Origin: the human T2T-CHM13v2.0 reference genome, Homo sapiens
Assembly (NCBI RefSeq): GCF_009914755.1
Contig: NC_060928.1
DNA length: 64,000 bases
Reading direction: 5' to 3' (one strand)
A program made the position numbers and the translations under genes. The notes beneath the pieces are model-generated. The model did not search any database. It worked only from the letters and a program-made list of their open reading frames with translations, and had not been told where the DNA came from. Shown piece by piece: positions 24,725 through 38,763 of the stretch (within the stretch, counting starts at the first letter, position 1; each line of letters starts with the position of its first letter).

Positions 24725-25580
24725 TTAGGTCTGCCAGTCGTCCTCTATAGTTTTTGTGGCTCTGATAAGACCTACTGCATCCCTGGGTATAGGAGAGAGC
24801 ACATATTCAGGACTGCCTAAATAGAATAGTGATTTTATTTCTGGTCACAGTGATTGGATTAATGATGAGCTCAGAGTGAAATCAGTTAAAGCGTTCTTGG
24901 ATCTATCAACAAAGAGTAGTTTCCGTCTAAAATTCTTTTCACTGAAGATAATTGGTATGGTTTGGATTTGTGTCCCTACCCAAACCTCATGTGGAACTAT
25001 CATCCTTAATGTTGGAGGAGGGTTCTGGTGGGAGATAATTGGATAATGGGTGCAGACTTCCCCCTTTATGTTCTTGTGATAGTGAGTGTGTTCTCACAAG
25101 ATCTGGTTGTGTAAAAGTATGTAGCACCTCTCCCCTCTCTGTTCTTCCTGTTCTGGCCATGAAAGATGTGATTCTTTCCTGTTTGCCTTCCTTTATGATT
25201 GTAAGTTTCCTCAGGCCTCCCCAGCCATGCTTCCTGTACAGCCTGTGGAACCACGAGCCAATTAAACCTCTTTTCTTTATAAATTACCCAGTCTCAGGTA
25301 GTATGTTATAGCAATGTGAAAGTAGACTAATACAACAATGTAGCAGCTCCTATATATTTAAAGCTGCCACCAGATAAAACAAGCAAATAAGATGGTACAA
25401 TGTATTGGGAACAGATTGAATATTAATGGATCACTAGAGCTCTTGGGGCCAGCCTTGTTTGACCACACATAGTTTTCTGATATATATTCTGACAGTTAAA
25501 ACTAATATATCCTTTAATTTAGATTAGTTTAAGGTGAGTTTCTCTCACTAGAAACTAAAAAAAAAAAACCTTGACAAATA
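24725..25580 (+). mobile_element. Old MLT1 (J/K/L-like) remnant flanking the MSTA
   Basis: ctggtcacagtgattgg upstream; tagtttaaggtgagtttctctcactagaaact...cttgacaaata downstream. Confidence 0.45.
24953..25334 (+). mobile_element. MSTA-like MaLR solo LTR
   Basis: tggtatggtttggatttgtgtccc...cttcctgtacagcctgtggaacc...aattaaacctcttttctttataaattacccagtctcagg...gactaataca; TSD ataat/acaat. Confidence 0.92.
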
Positions 25581-26517
25581 TTCTGTAACACCATTAGCGT
25601 GTGTTTTTGTTTTAATTTAGAAAATTTTGTCACACTTCATAGACTGAACAACATCACCACGAAAAAAAGTTTAGCATAGGCAACTTATTATGTCCAAATT
25701 GTCACATACTTATTTGTCAAAATAATATATTCAATTTATCAACAAGAGGTGAAACTTCCATGATGGTTATGGATGCATGTAACCTTGCATCTTTACAGAA
25801 TTTTGTGGTTTTCCAAATCCTTTTCATTAGTTATCTCACTCATATATTAATCAAACCCTATAACATGGTTTAAACAGGTATGATAACTTCAGTGTATTGA
25901 TGATGAATTATCAATGTATTGAATAACTAAATATTGCCAAACTAATTAAAAGTAAATAAAGACTATATAATCCAATGCATACCAGCAAAATACAGAGACT
26001 GACCCATAGTCACCAAACCACAAATATTGAATTGGCTCTTGTCACATATATAGGGGCATTTCTCTCTATATATGAATAAATGGATATATAAAAACTGTTG
26101 TAAAGAATACTTGGGACAATTTAGTTCAGGCAGAAAAGTATTTAACTTTTCTAACTCAAGCACTTATTCATCATGTAGTATTTTTAACAAAGTGGGAAAT
26201 TATGCAGAGGATTACAGAAATTGTTGATCTACCCCATGAGACTATCAGCAAATATTCTAAGAACAAAATGGAAACAGGTAAGGAGACATTTTTGTATTTA
26301 ATTATTTTAACTTTAATCCAATGTCACAAAGCAAAAAAGGGAGTAAAGCAACAATTCAACTTTGTCACAAAAAATTTCCCAGTCTTAATATGGAGAAAGA
26401 TCTGTATCATATTTCCTGTGGATAAATGAAGGTTTCTGTTAGAACAATTGTTAAATGAGTCCTATTACACGCAGAGGACACAAAAATAGCAATACACATT
26501 TATTAAGGGAATATTGA

Positions 26518-26823
26518 GGCCAGGTATAGTGGCTCACGTCTGTAATCTCAGCACCTTGGGAGGCCAAGGCAGGCAGATCGTTTGAGATCAGGAGTTCAAG
26601 ACCAGCGTGGCTGAGATGGTGAAACCCCATCTCTACTAAAAGTACAAAACATTAGCCAGGCGTCGTGGCACACTCCTGTAATCCCTGCAACTCAGGAGGC
26701 TGAGGCAGAAGAATCTCTTGAACCTGGGAGGCAGAAGTTGCAGTGAGCTGCGACTGAGCCATTGCGCTTCAGCCTGGGCAACGAGAGAGAGAATCTGTCT
26801 CAAAAAAAAAAAAAAAAAAAAAA
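26518..26823 (+). mobile_element. AluS element
   Basis: Full dimeric Alu with pure A tail; flanking repeat gaatattga on both sides. Confidence 0.96.
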
Positions 26824-27189
26824 GTGAGAATATTGAGTATTACATGTGGAAAAATTCCCTAACAAGTTAGGTATGTTGTTAAAAAATTTAATAAAATGCC
26901 TTATTTAAAGAAAGATACCTGTAAAATTTGGAGTTTGCATAACCTTGAGGATCATTGGATAATTATGGAGAACCAATATTCTGTCACTAGCAAAAAGAAA
27001 ATAAGATGTTAAAAAGAGAATATATGATAAATAACAGTTTGGCTGATATTTTGAATATGATGAAGCTTCTATAAAGATTAATCTAAAATGCGCTTTTGGT
27101 AATACAATAAATACACATAATATAATTTGATTTTAAAATAATGTCATATTATCAATGCCTAAATACACCTAAAGGTAATATGGAATGTT

Positions 27190-27790
27190 CAGAATAGTCA
27201 TATCCCTCAACTGGATTTGTCTCCATTGTTCCCCTTAAAAGTAAATCTGATCAAGTCCCTACTCTACTAAGAAAAAAACATCCTAGCTTTCTCTTGCTCA
27301 CAGGATAATATCTAAGCTCTTTATAATTTGCTTTCTTACTCCATACAGTCTTATTGTCTTAGAATGTATAATCCTGCTGCTTAAAGATTATCACTATTTC
27401 CTGAATTCATCAAAACCATTATACTTATGTAATTTTGTGCATGCAACTCTTCTGCACTGGTACACTTCATTTTCTTTCTTTGTTTACCTAACTCCTATTA
27501 ATTCAACAAGATTTTATCAGATGAACCTTGACTTCTACTGTTAAGTTTTCTGTGATTTCAGGCAGAATTACTTACCTTCTCTTTATTTTCATTTTCTTTT
27601 CTTCATACCTTTAATTTTATGTTTATCTCTCTGGAATATAATAATTTGACTTATTCCTTTTTGCCCCTCAAGATCTACTTCTATAAGTATTCCACTTTTA
27701 AGTATTAAGAAGTATGACTCAGACATACCACATACCCATTAATTTTTTAAGCAGTTTAATAAATATATGAATGAGTAAATAAATGAATGG
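27190..27790 (+). mobile_element. L2 remnant
   Basis: aaatctgatca...cacaggataataatctaagctc...ends aataaatatatgaatgagtaaataaatgaatg. Confidence 0.5.
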
Positions 27791-28204
27791 CATATTTTCT
27801 CTAACCCTGTAATCTATTGTTTTAGAAGCATATTCTTCATTTTCATCATGTATGAGGACAGGTCTAATGAGAAAAGAGACAAAATCTGTGTATACAGGAC
27901 ATAGACACTATCTCATCTTGAAGCAAAGGTAATACGTTTAGAGAGAGATTGTTAGAAACATATTAACTGAAACTTTCATTTCCCTGATATACTATCAAGT
28001 GCTCTTTTGAAGCCCTTTTGAAGATTTCCATTTTGTCTCTCAAGATGAAAAGAGAATATAGTGAATTTTATTACAAGTTGATAGTTTTAAGAATATCTTT
28101 TTCTATCAAAAAACTTAGACATTGAACAAATGGAAGTGCAAATATATGTGATATTCCTCAATTTACTTTATATACAACAACATTACAATTATCCTGCTAA
28201 AATA

Positions 28205-28539
28205 CAGCTGGTCCTCTGTAACTGTGGGTTCCACATTCATGGGTTCCACATTCATGGGTTCAACCAACCACAGATTGGAAATAGTTGAAAAGAGTAATAA
28301 CAGATTTTTTTTCATGTCATTATTCCCTGAACAATACAGTAAAACAACAACGTATGCAACATTTACTTTGTTTTAGGTATTATAGGTAATCTACAAATAA
28401 TTTAAAGTATATGGAAGGATGCATATAGATTATATAAAATACCACATCATTTTATATAAAAGACTTTGAGCATCCATGGATTTTGGTGTGTGCAAGGGGC
28501 CCTGGAACCAATTCCACAAAAAATACACAGGGACAACTT
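28205..28539. mobile_element. MER2 (Tigger-derived MITE)
   Basis: TA|cagctggtcctctgta ... tacacagggacaactt|TA degenerate TIRs; internal tcattattccctgaacaatacagt, gagcatccatggattttggt; 15-bp internal duplication 28225-28254. Confidence 0.9.
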
Positions 28540-28644
28540 TATATAAATAAAAATTTAGTAGATTTAAATAAATTATAGCACAAAAAGTACTAGCCATAAT
28601 AGACAAATCTGCTGGATCCCATAACTATCAAATTCAAACCAAGG

Positions 28645-28941
<297 letters not shown>

Positions 28942-30521
28942 TTCGGATCAAGGTAATTTGATTTCAACACCTATGAAAATTAACCACTGAGCTTATAGTA
29001 CTTACAGTAGCTAGATTAATTATAGACCACACTGACTGTTGCACAGCTACCTCAAATACACAAAGAGCACATTTTTTTTTTCCTGTGGTTAATGGCAAAT
29101 TTCTGTGGTTAATAGCAGTGGCTATAAATGGGAAGACTGTCATCTTATTTTTCTGAATTATTTTCTTTCCACTTGGAATGTAGCTTGATAATGTTTTCAG
29201 TCTACATCACATTGTCTAGAGAAAAACAAATGTGGAATATTCTGGGTTTATTTATATTAGAAAAAATAGCCATTGACCCAATAACATAAGTCAAGCAACA
29301 AGCTCATTTACTTAAAATAAATATATTCTCTCCTCATTTGTCTTCAGCTGCTTTCTTGTACCTGTTCTGCTTACTGCATATACCCCTAGCAGCACTTGGA
29401 TGGTTTGTGAGGAGAAAATTATTCCGTGTAAGTGGTACATTCTAAGTTAATTATCCACTAATGTCTGAATAACCTTCTTAATTTGTGAAATTATATTTAA
29501 AAATTATCTAGTGTCTCCATTATTTTTCTTCTCCCTAGAACTCTCTTTCAATTAATGTAATACCTTTCTTTGAAGTAAAGCCTAATATATTAAAGTTAAA
29601 TGTCTTTAAAGACAATTTAACTCTCCTTCCATATGTCATTGGAAAAGACTTAACCACCAACGGGAAGGAAAAAATGACCAGTTTCATTGGTCCATCACAG
29701 AAATACATTGAAAGTTTTAACTTTAAAAATTATAAAACTTTCCTAAAAAAAGAAAAAAAAAAGAATGATGAAACAACAAGAGTCTTTTTCATCTCTAGAT
29801 CCTTTTCATGCGAAATCTCAAGAGAAGGCTCATAACTGCTGTTTCTATATTCATCTAAAGGGGAGGAAGAGGACAAACAATTGAAGGTGATTTTAGCAAG
29901 ATTTCAAGCAGCAACACTGAATTAAATGTTGAAACAGAAGGGCTATAATGTCAGGGCACTTGTAAAGAAATATGAGTCTAACTATGTCTTCATTAAACTT
30001 TCAGCTTCAGCTTTTTAAAGGTTGAATGACATATTTCACTGTTGTGTCTATCAGAAATCACGCATTAAATTGCTAAAAGATTTGACTGTAGTCTATTTTT
30101 AAAATATGATATTTTCAGAATTCTGCTTATCAAACACATTCTAAAGGACAGTGGTACAGCTTGTGATGAATTCGAACAATAACATAAATATAATATTAAA
30201 TAGCTATATTTTCATACAGGTTATACTAGGGCTTGTAAATTGGAAATCAAAGCAAAACTGTGGCTGCAAGAAAATAAATGAAAGCCTTATGTAAAGACAA
30301 TTATTGTAGAACATTAGTGATTACTGAAAACCTTGAAAAATTACACCCAACATTTTAGCTTGACTCCTCCTCCTATATTTTCTGTCTTTGAGGATTATCC
30401 CTTCATTCACCCGCTTACCAGAAAGAAGAACGTAACCTTAGACTTCATCTTTCAATATCTGTTATCAATGAATCACTCATTTCTACCAGATTTAACCTCC
30501 TTAGCCAATTACAAAACAAAA

Positions 30522-31243
30522 TTTATTTATTTAAAGATTTATTGAAATATAAATCACATATATTGTAATTCATCCTTTAAAGTATGTATCTCAGTGACAT
30601 ACAAAGAGTCATGTGACCATCTCCATAATCAATTTTAGGTCATTTTCATCAATCCGAAAAGAAATCATGTACCCATTAACAATAACTTCCTATTCTCTCT
30701 ACCCACAGTCCTTAGTAATTTGTTTTTTTTTCTGTCTAGATTGGTCCATTCTGGGCATCTCATATAACAGGAATCGAGCAACATGTGATCTTTTGGGACG
30801 GGCTTCTTTCATTTAGAATAATGTTTCCAGTCTCTTCTGTGTTTTAGAATGTATCAGTATTTTGTTCCTAGTCATGACTGAATTAATATTCTGTTACTGG
30901 ATATAACACTATTTACGTTTTTATTCACCAAGTGAGAAATATTGAACTGTTTCCACTTTGGGCTATTATACATAATACCTCTATAATCATTCATGTACAA
31001 ATTTTTGTGTGGACATATGTTTTCACTCCTTTTGGGTATATAATTAGGAATTCTGTACTTAGCTTTTGAGGAATCCCAGCACGTCTTTCAAAATTGTTTC
31101 ACAATTTTACTTTCCCACCAGCAATGCATGAGAATTCCAATTTCTCCACATACTTTTTGACATTTTCATTGTCTATATGTTTCACTACAGTCACTCTATG
31201 TGTTAAGTGGTATGTCACCACGCCTTTGATTTGGATTTCTCTT
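30522..31243 (-). mobile_element. L1M (L1MB-like) 3' fragment
   Basis: tttattgaaatataa...ggcttctttcatttagaataatgttt...cattcatgtacaaatttttgtgtggacatatgttttca...cccaccagcaatgcatgaga. Confidence 0.85.
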
Positions 31244-31714
31244 GTTTATTATATTTATTTTAAATTACCTGGCTTATGAGGCCATAAGAATGAGTCATTG
31301 TTTTTTTATTTGGCTGTGTAATATAGCGAATATAGGGAATGTCCATATTTTTTGGTGTTGTTTTCCTGTTTGAAAAATGAAAAATTAGATAGTGCTATTG
31401 TTCAAATAAATTATCTTATCTCAAATGTTCACAAGACATTGTATCTTCATTTCTAGAAGTAAGCGCCTTTTCTATTTATTTTTTAATTTTCTTTTTTAAA
31501 ATTTGAGGTATGATTGATACATAAATTCCATATATTTAATGTTTATATTTTGATGAGTTTCAACATAACTGCATTCACCAGTGATACCATCATCACAACC
31601 CAGCGGCTAAACATAACCATCACCTCCAAAAATGTCCTTATGTTTTATGTATGGGTGTTATTTGTTTGTTTTGTGGTAAGAAAACTTAATATGACACACA
31701 TCCTCTTAATGTAT

Positions 31715-32120
31715 TGTCTTCATCCACTTTGTGTTGCTATAACAGAATACTGATACTTAGTGATTTATACAGAAGAGAGGATTGTTTAGCTAATGATTCT
31801 GGTGGATGAAAAGTTCAAGATTGGGCAGCTGCATCTGATGAGGGCCTCAAGTTGCTTCCACTCGTAGCAGAAAGTGGAAAGCAGGTGGGTATGTGCAAAG
31901 AGATAAGAAGCAAGAGAGGGACTACAAGAAAGCCAGGATCTTTCTAACAATCTGCACTCACGTGAACTAATGCATTTCTAAGAGAGTAAGAACTCACTCA
32001 CCTTCTCAGGAGGGCATTGATCTAACAACTCCTACTAGGCTCCCCCTCCCAACACTACCGCATTGGGGATCAAATTTGATCATGAGTTTTGGTGAATACA
32101 AACTATATCCAAGCTGTTGT
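31715..32120 (-). mobile_element. MSTC-like MaLR LTR nested in L1
   Basis: tgtcttcatccactttgtgttgctataacagaatac...ggggatcaaattt..catgagttttg. Confidence 0.8.
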
Positions 32121-32781
32121 CCCTATGTTAAAGTGCACAATACCATATCATTAACTACTGATACTATGTTGTACAGCAGATCTCTAGAATTATTCATCTT
32201 GCATAACTGAAACTTTATACCCATTAAGTAACGATTTCATATTACCCATCCTCCCACCCACTGACAACTACCAATCTCTAGTCTATGAGTTTGACTATTT
32301 GAGATACCTCCTATAAGCGGAATCATGCAGCATTTGTCCTTCTGTAACTGGCTTATTTCACTTAGCATAATGTCCTCCAGGTTTATCCATACTGTTGAAA
32401 GTTGTAGGACTTTCTTTCTTAAGGCTAAATAATATTCCATTGAATGTATAAACCAACTTTTTCTTTAACTAGTTCATCTGTAGGTGAACATTTGAGTTGT
32501 TATTATATCTTGACTATTGTGAATAATGCTATAATACAAAAGAAGCTGCAGCTATTTCTTTGAAATCTTGATTTGAATTTCTGCTGCTATATGCCCAGAA
32601 GTAGGATTGCTAAATCATATGGTAATTCTGATTTTAATCTTTTGAGGAATCTTTTTACTATTTTACATGATAGCTGCACCATTCTACATTGCCATCAACA
32701 GTACAAAAGGGTTCCAATTTCTTCACATTCTCATCAGCACTTATTATTTTTGTGTTGTTTGTTTTGTTTTGGTGAGAATAG

Positions 32782-33097
<316 letters not shown>

Positions 33098-33723
33098 TAA
33101 AAGTACAATTTCTCACTATCATGTCTTATGTAGTATACATTGTCTAGTGGTGGTATTAATCCCACATAATTACTATATAATAGCTGTTTACGGATTACTA
33201 GCTTATCTTACATCTCCATGTTTCTCTCACAAGCTAAAATTATAGCACTCATGGATAGTTGGCCTCCTGAGAGTGTAAAAGGAAAAATGGCCTGCAATGC
33301 CAGGGCACTAAACAGTCACAGATTATACAACTAGCTTCAGACAGCTCTTCTAAAAATGCTTAATCAGAATAGTTCTTAATATATTTAAAGTAAATACACT
33401 CTAGCATAAATTAATGAATTTAATTTCTTAATATCTAGTCCCTGTGGAACAATTTATCTGTGCAAAACTCTTTCTTGCATTCTAAAAGTTACAATGTGAA
33501 CTTTGAACTCAGCCACAGATAAAGTCAAATTTATACATACAAGAATAAAATAAGTGCCCAACAGATTTGTAAGCTAAAATCTATGAAAATGCAAGTGGTA
33601 CAGGTATAAAGAATCACGACTGAGGTTTTAATGAATACCTACAAACTGGTAGTTTGATGGTCCATGATGAAAATAAAAGTCTAGAAAATTTTTCAGGCAA
33701 AGAACACAGCTTGGTACTGGTCA

Positions 33724-33821
33724 CTGTGACCAACCGTTCCGATTGGCACAGGTCTAAGAATTTGCCACAAATGTAAGCCTTTCAGTGCTAACCTCAAAAA
33801 ACTGGAACAAATGTATCACCT
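33724..33821. mobile_element. MER94-like hAT MITE remnant
   Basis: gtgaccaaccgttccgatt...ctttcagtgctaa...tcacct resembles MER94 consensus. Confidence 0.6.
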
Positions 33822-35226
33822 AAGTATAGATTATGAAAGAATGATGATCAAACACATTTAAAACCTCTACTTAGGGGAAATAATTATGAAGTTTCAAGTA
33901 GACAATCACAAACCTTCTTTTTACCCATAAATATGGACTCAGTTCCCCTTCTTTCTCTCTAAATTATTAGATTTATAACCATTATCTTCAGAATACTACT
34001 TTTTAATGAAGTGCTAGAAATAAAAGCTGACCTCAGGCCTTTAGGGCCTCCATTACATTTTAATACTAGACTATATTGAAAGTACATTTTGGATGTGTTA
34101 CATAATATGTATATATATTTTTTAATTACCTGTGAGAACACTTATAAAGCATTTCTACTTTTTCTCAGATCGGAAACAGTTAGGCTTTCTATGAGTTTTC
34201 ACTTCACCTCACGGATTCTGTAAAATCTATCATTCACTGTGTAATCTCCCACCTAGTGACTGCTAAAAAAATGTAACAGACAAGCTTTGGCCTATCTCTG
34301 TGTATAACACATAAAACATAATTTGTAGAGAAGCTCCAGTAGGCACCACTTTCTTTCCCATTCACAGGTTCCCAGTGTTTCATCTTTCTTCATTATTTCT
34401 TAGTGTTTTCGTATTGTTTTATTATTCATATCCTTGTAACTATATTTTTTCTTGGTAAAAGATAGTGCAGGAATATTTAATAAATTAACTATGTCACCTT
34501 GGAAAAGAAAAAGAACCTTAATTGATAAGACATTAGAGTGCATTTCATTGGAGAAAAAGAAATGTTCAAAACAGGACCCCTGTGTCATCATAGTTGGATG
34601 ATGAAATGAAAATGGAACAAAAATTGTTGCTTTAGACAAGAAATTACAGTACAAAATTGAAAACAAGACTCTTCCTTTCTGGAAAGTCTGTCTTTTGCCA
34701 GCTTAATTCATCATCCAAACAAGAGGAATACAGTATAATCAACAAAATAAAAGAAAAATGTTCCGAGCAGTAGTTCAACTCATATTTGTGAAAAAGCTTG
34801 AGTGCCTGCTAAGAGGTCCAGGTTGCTATTAAATACTGTTAGAGAGCACTCAATAACCTGTAGTCTACTCATACTAGCTAACATTTCCTTCTGAAACCCA
34901 ATTGAAGAAAAGGATCCTAGCAACCTGACCTGAGACATAAGCAAGCATACGAATGATACAAAGAATTGTACTTAATATTGCGGACCTTCAAAGAGACTAG
35001 CACACCAGGGGGAATGTCAGACTCAAACTCAAACTAGGAAAAGCTGCTAACTATGTAGAAAGACACTTGTATGTTCATGTGGTCTACAATAGTTGGATGT
35101 CTTTTAGAAAACAGAGCAATACTGCTAAAATTTGTATGCTTCTCTCATGATTGGTAAATAGTTGATTAGAAAGACAAAATGCAGTCATGACAGATTATTT
35201 TGCCTCTTTGTGATCAAACAGTGCTT

Positions 35227-35535
35227 GCTGTTATGTGAATGTGTGCGTCCTCATCCCACCATCCAAAATTCATATGCTACAATCCTAACTCAAAAGGAGG
35301 TGGTATTAAGAGATGGAGCCTTTTGGAAAAGATAAGGTCATTAAAGTGGAACTCTAATGAATGGGTTTAGTGCCCTTATAAACAAGGTCCAAGTAAAGAA
35401 GATCTACTTGCTTGCGCCTTTCACCATGTAAGACAACAGCAACAACATAGCATCTATGAACCAGGGAAGGGAACCTCACCAGGCATTGAATCTGCTGGCA
35501 TCTTCATACTGTAAGCAGCCTGCATGGACTAAGAT
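35227..35535 (+). mobile_element. MLT1A-type LTR with internal deletion
   Basis: ccaaaattcatatgct...aatgggtttagtgcccttataaa...gaatctgctggcatctt...gactaagata. Confidence 0.8.
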
Positions 35536-36312
35536 AGTGCTTCAATACTCTGTTCAAATGTCAGTTACATTTTTGTTGTTGTTGTTTATGCTAGACCTTA
35601 ATGTGCATATTATTGAGCTATGGGGTTTGAAACTTTCTGAGAATTAGATGATTTTAAATTTTCTTAATCCATATAGAAATGGATTTAAAAAGAAACTTAA
35701 AACAAAAAAGAATGATGACAAAAATGATGACAAATAACTTTCATTTTAGTTTAAATGAATGCCAAAAGATCAAGTGAGTAGATATTTTTTGGAGAAGTGA
35801 GGGCAGCTGAGAGTCAAGCCAATGTGATTGGTTTGCTGGTGTCACCAATTGGACACTGCCTTCACAGAAAAAGAGAGACATATGCAAATGACAGAACCAT
35901 TTCATACCTGGAAGACAACTCACTAAACCACTTCTTACCTCAAACTCTCGCCATGCGTATTGTTAAAGAATATTGTTAGTATCAAAAAATCTCAAATAAG
36001 TGTCCACGAAGTAAGTAACAGCTAATAACTTAAGAGTTTCAGGAAATAAAGGAAATGTTGCGCTCTCACCTGCTAAGATTATGCAGGACCTAGTGTGTGC
36101 TCCTGAGGACGAAAACAGAAGCAGCAAGTTCTGCTTCTGACTATCTTCAATATCTCCTGGAGTGTGATTAAGCCAACCTCACAAATCTGCTGCTCCTGGA
36201 ATACACATAGCAAGATGGTTAACTCATAGTGATACGGAAATACTTTATATACATAAAAATTATTTTATTTTTATTTCAATTTAAGAACTGTAATAGCTTT
36301 TTTTTTTCTGGA

Positions 36313-36317
<5 letters not shown>

Positions 36318-36360
<43 letters not shown>
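36318..36360. repeat. (CA)n microsatellite
   Basis: About 21 units. Confidence 0.97.
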
Positions 36361-36364
<4 letters not shown>

Positions 36365-36782
36365 GAGTTAAAAATTGGCTCTAATTCCAGTAATGTACAA
36401 TCATATTGAGGAATATTTGATGTATGAGAAATATTTTATGGTAAAAATATGATTAATTATATTTATTTTCAAAGAGAGTATTGCTATGTTCTGCTATATA
36501 TTTCAGGTCACCGCAAGTTTCATTAGCATGACTAATCTATGAGATTGAGAGAAAACGTTCTATTTTATTCTGTTATTGAATATACTACAGATGTGATATT
36601 TTCACGAACATATTCTATTATTATGTTGACTACATAGTATAGCTGTAAAAGTTATTTTAAAATAAGCAAAACTCATATTCTTCATAATTTGCCATACTTT
36701 GTGTAAATAGACTGCCATGCTAACCATTTTTTAAAAGATATAATCACTTCTCAAGAAATAAATTATCATGTAGAGTCAGCAT

Positions 36783-37083
36783 TTCTTTCTTTTTTTCTTT
36801 TTGAGACAGAGTCTCACTCTGTCACCCAGGCTGGAATGCAGTGGTGTGATCTCTGCTCACTGAAACCTCTGCCTCCTGGGCTCAAGCAAGTCTCCTGCCT
36901 CAGCCTCCTGAGTAGCTGAGACTGTAGGCATGCACCACCATGCCTGGTTAATTTTTATATTTTTGGTAGAGATGAGATTTCATCATTTTGGCTAGGTTGG
37001 TCTCGAACTCCTGGCTTCAAGTGATTCACATGCCTTGGCCTCACAAAGTGCTGAGATTACAGGTGTGAGCCACCATGCCAGCC
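36783..37083 (-). mobile_element. Alu (old S or Jb)
   Basis: Reverse dimeric Alu; degenerate TSD tagagtcagcatt / tacagacagcatt. Confidence 0.95.
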
Positions 37084-38066
37084 TACAGACAGCATTGACT
37101 GTCATTTTTTTTCTAACCTTAGCTTTTAGTAACTTTTTTTCTTCCTATAACTCTATTAGTCCAAAAGAAATAATGTTTAGCTGACTTCTTCATGTACTGC
37201 CTGCTGGATTTTAACACTATCACTCATCTAAAGACCAAAATAAAAATTGAATCTTTAGTTCATAGTCACAGAAAAGGAGCTCTGGATTGCATGAATAACT
37301 ATTGAGGTAACTCAGTGTTGGAACATGTTTGGTATGCCTTTTAGAAATGAGTATTTGTAGAAAGATGTGAGATATCAATCAGGTTACTTATGTGACTCTT
37401 TCATATGTATCTTACAGGAGAAAAATGTGGTGACTTATGTAAGCTGTTTGATATGAGCTACAAAATAAGCCAGATCTGCCGCAGTGATGAAGTCACTTTC
37501 TGGTAGCAAGTATGAGGAGAGATATATTTGTCTGGATAACATGGAAATACGTGATTGCATTCCTTCTCCAAGCTAGTACTTGGAGAAATTGCAGCCTTGG
37601 AAGAAACATTGGAAATTGTCACATCCACATAATTTCAAGGAAACTACTGTGTGATGTGTCATAACTAGTTATAAGGTCAGTTACAAGTCATCTATACCTA
37701 GAAATAGTTGGCTTTTGATTAATTTACTTTTCTTTAAGCTATACAAACATAAATCAGTATTTTCACTAATACATGTTCTCACTTAATTACCTACATCTAT
37801 CTACTGGAATGGGAAAAAAGGATAGAGTTATAGCTAAAATTGTGTGGAATTGTGTGGATTATCAACTGATCTTATGTATGATGAAGCAATATGAGTGAGT
37901 ATACTTTGCTCATTTTATAGATATAAAAATATGTCCATACACAGAAGGCAGCATGCCCAAGGCAGAGCTAACACACATATCTCTGACTATGCATTTAGTA
38001 TATATTTTTTTTCTGTACCATATGACAAACTTTCTACATAGTCACAGGGGAATGACTACTGAGAAT

Positions 38067-38543
38067 TGTGGAGGGTCTGACACTTTACTTGAAAGGTCTC
38101 AAATTAGCCTGCCAAAGTTTCATAAATGGTGACAGAAGACACAAACGTCTTGAGTTTGAAACAAAGGGTAGATTTATTACTCATGGCACAGGAAAGCACA
38201 TAAGCTGACCTCCCCCAAGTCCCATTGAAATGATGTGAAGGCAGACACAAATAGATGCTGCATATAAAGTGGTTACATATGTGTGTATACATGTAAGGAA
38301 TGATGAGTTTAGGAAATGCAAATCTTTTAAAACAGCTTCTAGCAAAGCTTTCCTACCATTATCCCAGAGGAAGACCTGAACTTTACCATCCTGGGCAGGA
38401 ACCAATTCTGCCCACTGCCCCAGAGAAAGGCCCAATTTGTATCTTCCAAAACTGCTTGTTGTATACACAATATTGAGAAAATAGTTCAAAATAAATACTG
38501 ATATAGAACATGCAGAAGGGCCGTGAAGAATCAATCTTCAACA
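38067..38543 (-). mobile_element. ERV1-type solo LTR (MER89/MER90-like)
   Basis: TG..CA termini; reverse strand starts tgttgaagattgattcttcacgg, ends tcagaccctccaca; family from memory. Confidence 0.6.
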
Positions 38544-38763
38544 TGGCTCTATTGCAACATGACCCTCAAGGGATCTGCAGAGTATGTATGAGATTAGATC
38601 TTAATGGTAGCGCTTAAATAAAATATGCCAACCATATGGCTGTACATAATTTACAATACCATGACAATGGCCAACTCTCCAGCTAAATAATTAAACAAAT
38701 ATTAATTTATTTGTTTTACCTTTCTTCTGTATGACAGGTTGTGCCTATAGAAACAGCCTGAGG

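Noticed and set aside
23895-25334. Two co-oriented MaLR LTRs 700 bp apart as a mini-provirus
   Set aside because: Different subfamilies (THE1 versus MSTA), each with its own 5-bp TSD; no internal MaLR sequence between them
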